Position numbers and translations under genes: made by a program. From the NCBI GenBank assembly GCA_946965045.2, contig OX337236.1, forward strand, positions 744,001 to 808,000: DNA of 64,000 nucleotides, read 5' to 3'. Shown here in pieces: positions 57,570 to 64,000 of this stretch (its first letter is position 1; every line of letters begins with the position of its first letter). The notes under the pieces were generated by a model. The model was given only the letters and a program-made list of their open reading frames with translations, was not told the origin of the DNA and ran no database searches. The stretch is from Epithemia pelagica. Taxonomy: Eukaryota > Protista > Bacillariophyta.

Positions 57570-58004
57570 ATGGATCCCGGTTGGTTTGTATTATTTCTGT
57601 TTTTCATGGGCGAAGCAACGGTTGTGACTTTGTTGGTCCTTCCCATGCCCAACAATCGCGTCCGTGGTGCCATTCGAGATTTTGTGGCTCAGTTATGGGA
57701 ACAAAAGCCGATTCAGTACTTTGTCTTTGCCATGTTGGCCTTGGATTTGTTTTATTTTTGGTTCGTCTTTGATGCACTCTTGCATCCCTTGCATGATTTT
57801 GGTATCTGGCGCAATCCAGCCATGGAAGGGGGCATTACCTGCGAAGCCAAGCAAAACTTGTTTTACAACGAACGGAATGCCTACCTCACGGGAATGTCGG
57901 TCTTTTTGTTTATCGTCATTAATCGATTGGTAGACATTCAAGACAAACTACATGCTGCGAGAGATCGAGTCAAGGAATTGGAAGGCCAACGAAAAGACAT
58001 GTAA
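57570..58004 (+). CDS. BAP29/BAP31-like ER membrane protein
   Basis: Three TM segments, E..V..LL.LP motif, LFYNERNAYLTG (cf. FRAQRNLYISG), short coiled-coil tail. Confidence 0.8.
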   Translation: MDPGWFVLFLFFMGEATVVTLLVLPMPNNRVRGAIRDFVAQLWEQKPIQYFVFAMLALDLFYFWFVFDALLHPLHDFGIWRNPAMEGGITCEAKQNLFYNERNAYLTGMSVFLFIVINRLVDIQDKLHAARDRVKELEGQRKDM

Positions 58005-58341
58005 AAACCTCACCACAGAACGTTCTGGAACGATTTGAAGTGAGAGAGTGAGTGACCTTATATGTTCATGCCAAAGTCCCATCGCCTGTAAACCAACGGG
58101 GTTGGTCAAACTCCATGGAGTCAGTACAACAAGCTCCTTTCAAGGTCCTTCATAACCACGGCAACGATATTCTGGAATTCAGAAAGTGTCTTTTCCCCAT
58201 CTACAGCTCGAATTTAGGATAGAATCCAGTTGATAAACGAAAGCCTTCAGACACAAAGTATAGACAGGAACTAGGGTCCGAAAGCCGACCCTTTTTATGC
58301 TTCTTGTCGATTCAGAGTATCTTAAAAGATGCTTCATCGAT

Positions 58342-61300
58342 TCAGCGACACGCACTTGGGACACCACTGGTCGGAGCAGCCACATCCACCAAGACAAGTT
58401 TGAGTGGTGGCAAGTTGTAAGAAAAGTTGGGACGATAACAAGGGGCCGTTCCCACGGGTGCCCTGCTAGTAGTCGTACTAGCATTACCACAGGAAGAGGA
58501 AGGATAACGGGGTCCTCCGGCTGCCACGGTGAGACGTACTTCGGTTTGGGGCATGCTGAAAAAAGAGGACGAACCTGATAAGACCTCGTCGGAAAGGGGT
58601 TTGCATCGCACCAAATAACCCAGTGTGGGTTGCAAGGCCACTCTGGCACTGGTTCGACAGATTTTCTGCAATAAATATTCACCCCGCCACCAAGGATCCA
58701 TGTGAGCCAATACCAACTGAGCCTGTCGTTCTTCGTCCAACCCAACAAGGGGATTGTCTTCGAGCCTTCTCGCGCTGATTTCTCGTTCCAATACTTCTCG
58801 ACTGGAGCGTCGAGCTCGTCCAACGGCGATTGCGATTTCGGAATCAGGTGGGATGCCCCTGCTAAAGACGACTCCCGTCTCGGGTTTGAGCAAGGCCGCT
58901 TCTTCAATCCAGTCCACAAACTGTCCAGCCTGTTGATCCCTCTGCCTTAACCAGGAGGACAATAACAGGACCAGAGCGGCATCCCGTTCGGCATACAACT
59001 TGGCTTGACCCGTTCCATCGTCCAAGAGGCCACTGCACTCCCATTTGACTCCCCCATAAATGCGAACACTGTGCCCCTGGGGACACTGCAAGGTTCGGGA
59101 TGCTCGTTCGGCAAAACGCCATGCACCAGCCGTATTGGCGGGAGGTCGTTGTTGTTGGTATAACGGAGTCGTTGTCGAGTCCATACCGGGGATTGGTACT
59201 GGCTCGTCCCAATAGGATGGTCTGTCGTCCGAGGAAACATCCGCTGTTGTTCTCGTTCGTTTGGTGAGAGGCTTGAAGCATTTGCGACATTCCACCATGA
59301 CGGAACAATAGGACACTCCCAAAAAGGAGGCATTGCGAATTTCATGCACCACTGAAGGTGCCATGCTGGTACCACCAACACCACCGACAGTTTTACACAA
59401 GCGTGTCATCAAATCTCCAATCGACACAAGGGGAATACCAGTGTCATCGCCAGGGCCATCCTTAGTCAATGTATGGACTCCACTACACAATGGACCAGGG
59501 ATGAAACTCCCCATACGGGTGGGTCGCGTACATAGCATACCGGTGACAAAGTCTTCGCCACCAATAAACTCAAAGGGAGATGGGCATTTTTCTTTACCTT
59601 CATGATGACTGGTGATTCGATGGTTTAGTGAATTTTCCTCTTTGCTGCTACTTCCCAGTTCAAGGCCCACCCCAAGGCTGGACAAATCACACTGGAATCG
59701 TATGTATCCGCGCTCTTTGGTATCCATTTGCCGGGCCTGGCAGGGAACATGCATTCGTACTAGCAACCGTTTCTGGAACGGCAGCGACGGTTCCAGCAGT
59801 TCGTCGTAGCCACCCATTAACAGCGCACATGAGTGCGGTCGACTCGCCAGTTGAATCCATACATGGACCATGGCCCACTGTTCATCGGTCATGTCTTCCC
59901 ACGGGGGACGACGACTCTCATTGGCAGGATCCGAGCGAGCCCACGAACCACTCGCCGCTTGTTTGGTGGCCCTCAATGCACCCATGGAAATTGAACAAGA
60001 GGTCTTGATTTCAACTGTCTGTAGCAAAGAGAGAGGACTGGCCGATGGATCAGCCTGAAAGTGTGCCAGAGTAAACAAACAACCGGTAAAAGTGCGTGGG
60101 TTACGGGGACGGATAGATTTTCTCATCAACAGTCCGGAAAAATAGGCCTGGCTCTCAACGTTCATGGATGATGGAGTATCCTCCAAGACTTGTCCAACGC
60201 TAAGCGTAGGCTTTTGTGGTGACACTGGGTTTTCGTCCTCCTTGTCTCCGACAGCAACGTGAGCGTTGTTCTTGGCAGCGACGCCTCCCTGATTCATGTC
60301 GTCACCAAGGAAATGCATTTCATTGCAAATCAAAAAGGCATTGGCAATAAAGTAGAATCCATCGTTCGTTTCCATCGCAAAACAGCCGTGTCCTAGCTTT
60401 TCCCGGTGGTGGCGGTCGGTTGCCTCTGTAATGGGCCATGGTCGAACACGGACATTCTCCTGATCTGAACTACTTGGAACCCACAGTGTGGTGGTAGTGG
60501 TGGTGCTGGTGGCAGACGGAGGAGCAACAACACACAAGAGGGAAACGGCAATGGCCTGTACCTGTACCATGACAAGGTCAGTTTCGGTCGATGCATGGGA
60601 CTGGTTCTTTGGTTGGATGGAAATGACAGGAAAGGATGCACCCCGAACCGAGACAGTGGTCCCTGAAGACAAGTGATGGCTTGTTTTGGCGTTGCTGGTT
60701 GTACGACGACCACCCGTCCAAATTCGGGTGGATTCCTGTTCCGTCCGAGACAAAAATTCCTCTTGGGCATCCAAGACAAACGTTGCCGTCCAGTTCATTT
60801 TCACGGGGCCTCCGGTTGAATGTCGGTGTTTGTGACGGCTCCGCCGTGTGGTCGAGGTCGGGAGTGTCGTGCGAAAGGCCATCCATCGAGATTGCAGCTC
60901 TTGTCGACACAAATCTTGAATCTGTCGCAACGAAACAAGTTTCCAGTGAGAAGGCGGAATGTGGTTGTTTCCGGGTGGTGGTGGCCACGAATTCAAAAGT
61001 CGACAAGCGTCCGGGAATGGATGGCGGCTCTCTGGACCGTCCTCCTCCCCATCTTCCTGTTCGCCATTATCATGGTTGGCCTCGTCCCATGCGGACTGGT
61101 TGGGATGAAAGAATTCGACATAGACATTGCGCAGGCGTCGTTTCGGAGTGTTCTTTATAGTATCGGTGGTCGTCGAGTGTTGCATGGAACACGGATGATG
61201 GTGGTTGTTGCAGGATGGAGACGAATTTAAAAGGCGGACCATGGTATCCACCACACGTGTCGTACAATTTGACGAGTCGACGATCTGCTGACGACAAAGC

Positions 61301-63378
61301 CAGTGTTGGACTCGTCGTCGATGGTTCCATTCGCGGTATCCAATTGGGATGGATCGAGCATACCACAAGGGCTGAACACAGGGAAAGGTCAAGGACTTGT
61401 TGTTTGGAGGAGGAGATGCCGACGGACTGGGATGCATCAAATACACGGACGATCGAATACACGCAACCAACCAATGGACGACAATGACAGGAGGAGATCC
61501 ACCACCAGCCGTGGATCCTCCACCACTGGCATGGTCGTTGTTGTTGTTGTTGTCATGTTCGCTTCCAAAGCAGTGTATATTGACAGCCTTGATGCGGGCT
61601 CCCACCCGCAAACTCCATTGCAAACTAGTATCCATGGGAAAGTAGGTCAAATACAAGAGGGATCGATGGGTTGAATAATCAGGGTTCGTCGTTGTTGTTG
61701 TAGGAGCGGCCAGGAGTTCCAGGTAATGCAACTGGTATCGTCCGGATCCCGAAAATCCTGCCGTTTCGGTACTTGAGGAGGTGGGCGCATTATCCAATTG
61801 GATCCAATGAACGGATTGGATAATTCCTTCGACGGAGCAACAGGCATTGGTCTCCATTTCGTTCTGGTCGTCGAGAGTATCCTGTTCTTCTTGATTCTCT
61901 TGTTCGTTCATGTCATTGGGAGTGGCCCTGGTGGTAGTATGCGGGTGGTCCACATCCAGAGTCGTTGTCCTTGCCGCCACGGAGGAGGAGGAGGATAAAC
62001 CACGGTCGAGTGGTGTCCTCCGTGGCACTAGTAGTGATGGGGACGACGGCCCAGAAGCGACAACCAGTTGGGAGACATGTTGAACGACAAAGACATAAAG
62101 TGGCACACTGGGACGACAGTCGTCTTGCGCTGTCGTGTACTGCTTGGCCACGACCTGTGGCACTCTCCATTCCTGTCGTGGCACGTGATGCAACACAACT
62201 GCTTGTCCCACACGAGGCGGCGAGTAGCCGAGCGTGTGCAATTCCTCCCAATAGGATCGTTGCAGAACGACGGTACACGTATAGTCTCGAATCCAGGTTT
62301 TGTCGGGACCTGGTTCGGAATCGACCAATTGCAACAATCCAAACACGGAGGACGACGATTTCGGAGAGGAGGACTTGGACGAAGAGGAAGGTGGCAAGTG
62401 CAAGCAAGGTGTCAGAGCTTGCACCCGTCCCTGCAAGGAATACAATCGACTCGTCGGGTGGTTGTTACTGTGGTTGTTGTTGCTGGTGCTGGTGAGGGAT
62501 GCTTCTTCTCGTCGAAACCGTGCCAAGGAATACACGACCGTCTCGTGCCGCAGTGTGGGTATTGGAATGGCAGAAGGACTGGATGGTCCCCACAAGGGGA
62601 TTGGTGTTGTTGGTGACGCGTTGTTCCAAAGGGCCATGCCATGAGGTGGAATTTCCAAAAAGGTGGATATCCAAAGGGTCGTCGTACCATCCGGACCATT
62701 CATCCTGGGCATCGATGGTTGTTGTTGTGGTTGTGGTTGTGGTTGTTGCTGCACGTGGGGTGGTTGCGTGGCGGGAGCCGGATTCCCGATCGAATCCTGG
62801 TCCTTTGGGTGCAACTGCCATAGCAGAGGCATGGGCAAGACATGACACGTGTAATGGTAAATGACAATGGGGGTGGGAGCCAGAGTCATGGAACTGCCAA
62901 ACGTTGGCAGTTTGGACGACGACAAGATACTGTCGTAGGCAAGAGACACCAATGAGTAGGGACCAGGACAAGTCTGCTGTTGGTCAGAATGGACGTGCGT
63001 GTCGAGGTGTGTCTCGGTTGTGTCCATGATTGTTGTTATGGTACAGGGACTCGTTGTTGTTGTGGTTGGTGGTGGTTGATGCTGACAAAAGACCCAACCC
63101 GCCCATTGAGGGTCGGCCATCTGGTTCGTATGGGTGCTGGCAGCCGCAGAGGACAGTGGTCGTTTTCGGCTCGTCGTCGTCCTCCGAACCGCCTCTCCAG
63201 TATTGTTGTGGTCGAATGGTTGGTGCCCTGTGGTTGTTTGCGAGACATATCGTAGCCAACCGTGTAACACTCCTTTCGGTTTGTCATTGGTACAACGGAC
63301 CGTGTGGCTCGAGGAAAATGTTGGACAACGACGATTTTGGTCTGGAAAGAATGGGTAGTCGGTCATGCTGACACCCAT
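58342..63378 (-). CDS. Large multi-OB-fold protein, CTC1-like (CST complex) candidate; 5' end uncertain
   Basis: LYLTYFP…LRVGARIKAVNIH and a C-terminal CRKC…CPQGH…WECSGLLDDGTGQAKLYAERDAALVLL resemble plant-type CTC1 OB folds. Recognition from memory, not searched. Confidence 0.5.
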   Translation of the reverse strand: MGVSMTDYPFFPDQNRRCPTFSSSHTVRCTNDKPKGVLHGWLRYVSQTTTGHQPFDHNNTGEAVRRTTTSRKRPLSSAAASTHTNQMADPQWAGWVFCQHQPPPTTTTTSPCTITTIMDTTETHLDTHVHSDQQQTCPGPYSLVSLAYDSILSSSKLPTFGSSMTLAPTPIVIYHYTCHVLPMPLLWQLHPKDQDSIGNPAPATQPPHVQQQPQPQPQQQPSMPRMNGPDGTTTLWISTFLEIPPHGMALWNNASPTTPIPLWGPSSPSAIPIPTLRHETVVYSLARFRREEASLTSTSNNNHSNNHPTSRLYSLQGRVQALTPCLHLPPSSSSKSSSPKSSSSVFGLLQLVDSEPGPDKTWIRDYTCTVVLQRSYWEELHTLGYSPPRVGQAVVLHHVPRQEWRVPQVVAKQYTTAQDDCRPSVPLYVFVVQHVSQLVVASGPSSPSLLVPRRTPLDRGLSSSSSVAARTTTLDVDHPHTTTRATPNDMNEQENQEEQDTLDDQNEMETNACCSVEGIIQSVHWIQLDNAPTSSSTETAGFSGSGRYQLHYLELLAAPTTTTTNPDYSTHRSLLYLTYFPMDTSLQWSLRVGARIKAVNIHCFGSEHDNNNNNDHASGGGSTAGGGSPPVIVVHWLVACIRSSVYLMHPSPSASPPPNNKSLTFPCVQPLWYARSIPIGYREWNHRRRVQHWLCRQQIVDSSNCTTRVVDTMVRLLNSSPSCNNHHHPCSMQHSTTTDTIKNTPKRRLRNVYVEFFHPNQSAWDEANHDNGEQEDGEEDGPESRHPFPDACRLLNSWPPPPGNNHIPPSHWKLVSLRQIQDLCRQELQSRWMAFRTTLPTSTTRRSRHKHRHSTGGPVKMNWTATFVLDAQEEFLSRTEQESTRIWTGGRRTTSNAKTSHHLSSGTTVSVRGASFPVISIQPKNQSHASTETDLVMVQVQAIAVSLLCVVAPPSATSTTTTTTLWVPSSSDQENVRVRPWPITEATDRHHREKLGHGCFAMETNDGFYFIANAFLICNEMHFLGDDMNQGGVAAKNNAHVAVGDKEDENPVSPQKPTLSVGQVLEDTPSSMNVESQAYFSGLLMRKSIRPRNPRTFTGCLFTLAHFQADPSASPLSLLQTVEIKTSCSISMGALRATKQAASGSWARSDPANESRRPPWEDMTDEQWAMVHVWIQLASRPHSCALLMGGYDELLEPSLPFQKRLLVRMHVPCQARQMDTKERGYIRFQCDLSSLGVGLELGSSSKEENSLNHRITSHHEGKEKCPSPFEFIGGEDFVTGMLCTRPTRMGSFIPGPLCSGVHTLTKDGPGDDTGIPLVSIGDLMTRLCKTVGGVGGTSMAPSVVHEIRNASFLGVSYCSVMVECRKCFKPLTKRTRTTADVSSDDRPSYWDEPVPIPGMDSTTTPLYQQQRPPANTAGAWRFAERASRTLQCPQGHSVRIYGGVKWECSGLLDDGTGQAKLYAERDAALVLLLSSWLRQRDQQAGQFVDWIEEAALLKPETGVVFSRGIPPDSEIAIAVGRARRSSREVLEREISARRLEDNPLVGLDEERQAQLVLAHMDPWWRGEYLLQKICRTSARVALQPTLGYLVRCKPLSDEVLSGSSSFFSMPQTEVRLTVAAGGPRYPSSSCGNASTTTSRAPVGTAPCYRPNFSYNLPPLKLVLVDVAAPTSGVPSACR

Positions 63379-64000
63379 TCATTCTGGGTTGTTTTCTTTG
63401 TAAAGTTCTTGTTGTGGATGGGTGTTCTTGTCGCAGTGCATGCATCCACAAGACCGACACCACAACAAACACCAAGACTCCTCCTGTTCTCTGTTTTTCT
63501 TTGGTGTGGCGTCCACGCCAGAGAAACAACCACCAAACCGTCTCAATAGGAAGACGAAGAAGAAGTACAGAAACAACAGAAGCAAAGATCCGTATTCGAT
63601 TGCCGTTGCATCTCCCTCCTCTTTTGCCGACCCCCCAAGAAAAATGAGGGAGCTGTCGCGTCATTGTTGAGAGCCAATTAGAGCTACCATGGCTATGTCT
63701 ACTATATGGTGTTGTCCTTTTTCTGTTTTTCTGGAGAACCAACTACTCCTACACCACAACAAATATAGATGGAGAACCGTAATCCGTTTCCTGTTCCTCT
63801 CTTTTCTCTCTCTATGAGGGATCCCTACGTTGGCAGAGAATCCTTCTATTCTAGTAGAGGTACTTGGTTCCACAACCTATACTAATATAGAATACGTGTC
63901 CAAAGTATACTATATACTATACTGAATGGATCGATTTTGAGTTTGCTGGTTTGTTTTCTGTTAACTCGATGTTGTTTGTGTGTGCTGTTCCAATCGCCAC

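Noticed and set aside
63379-63690. CxxC-containing frame (WCRSCGCMHC) upstream of the CTC1-like ORF
   Set aside because: It cannot be joined to the main ORF by a clear intron and has no ATG; unresolved without transcripts.
1-64000. rRNA or tRNA genes
   Set aside because: None recognised by eye; the only tRNA-like sequence is the 14-nt PBS candidate.

Overview
Eukaryotic genomic DNA, most probably a pennate diatom (short GT-AG introns, CoDi-type copia element, bipartite plastid-targeting signals). Ordinary host genes occupy about 1-9.3 kb and 39-64 kb: Sir2 deacetylase, UBA/ZnF-UBP protein, NADP-GDH, MOV10/SDE3-like helicase, decayed FMO, RING-H2 membrane protein, NSF-like AAA ATPase, alpha/beta hydrolase, LRR-HlyIII fusion, U1-C-like/WW protein, BAP31-like and CTC1-like proteins. 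Between GDH and the helicase lies a ~29 kb nest of mobile DNA. A young Ty1/copia element (10530-34006; LTRs differ only by a 3-bp indel; CCCAT TSD) inserted into the last codons of a Crinkler/RHS-like NTPase-REase gene. Its gag-pol ORF is split by a 15,158-bp DNA transposon (14009-29166; 15-bp TIRs; 2-bp TC TSD). That transposon carries a Plavaka-type transposase, a ~2,086-aa double-RING + TET/JBP dioxygenase protein that lacks the usual 2-oxoglutarate-binding Arg, and a 3-exon accessory gene. An intact PIF/Harbinger element (35819-38963; CTG TSD) sits in the helicase promoter. The delimited, apparently recently mobile TET/JBP-carrying transposon is the stand-out system. All family assignments are by motif recognition by eye; no database searches were run.
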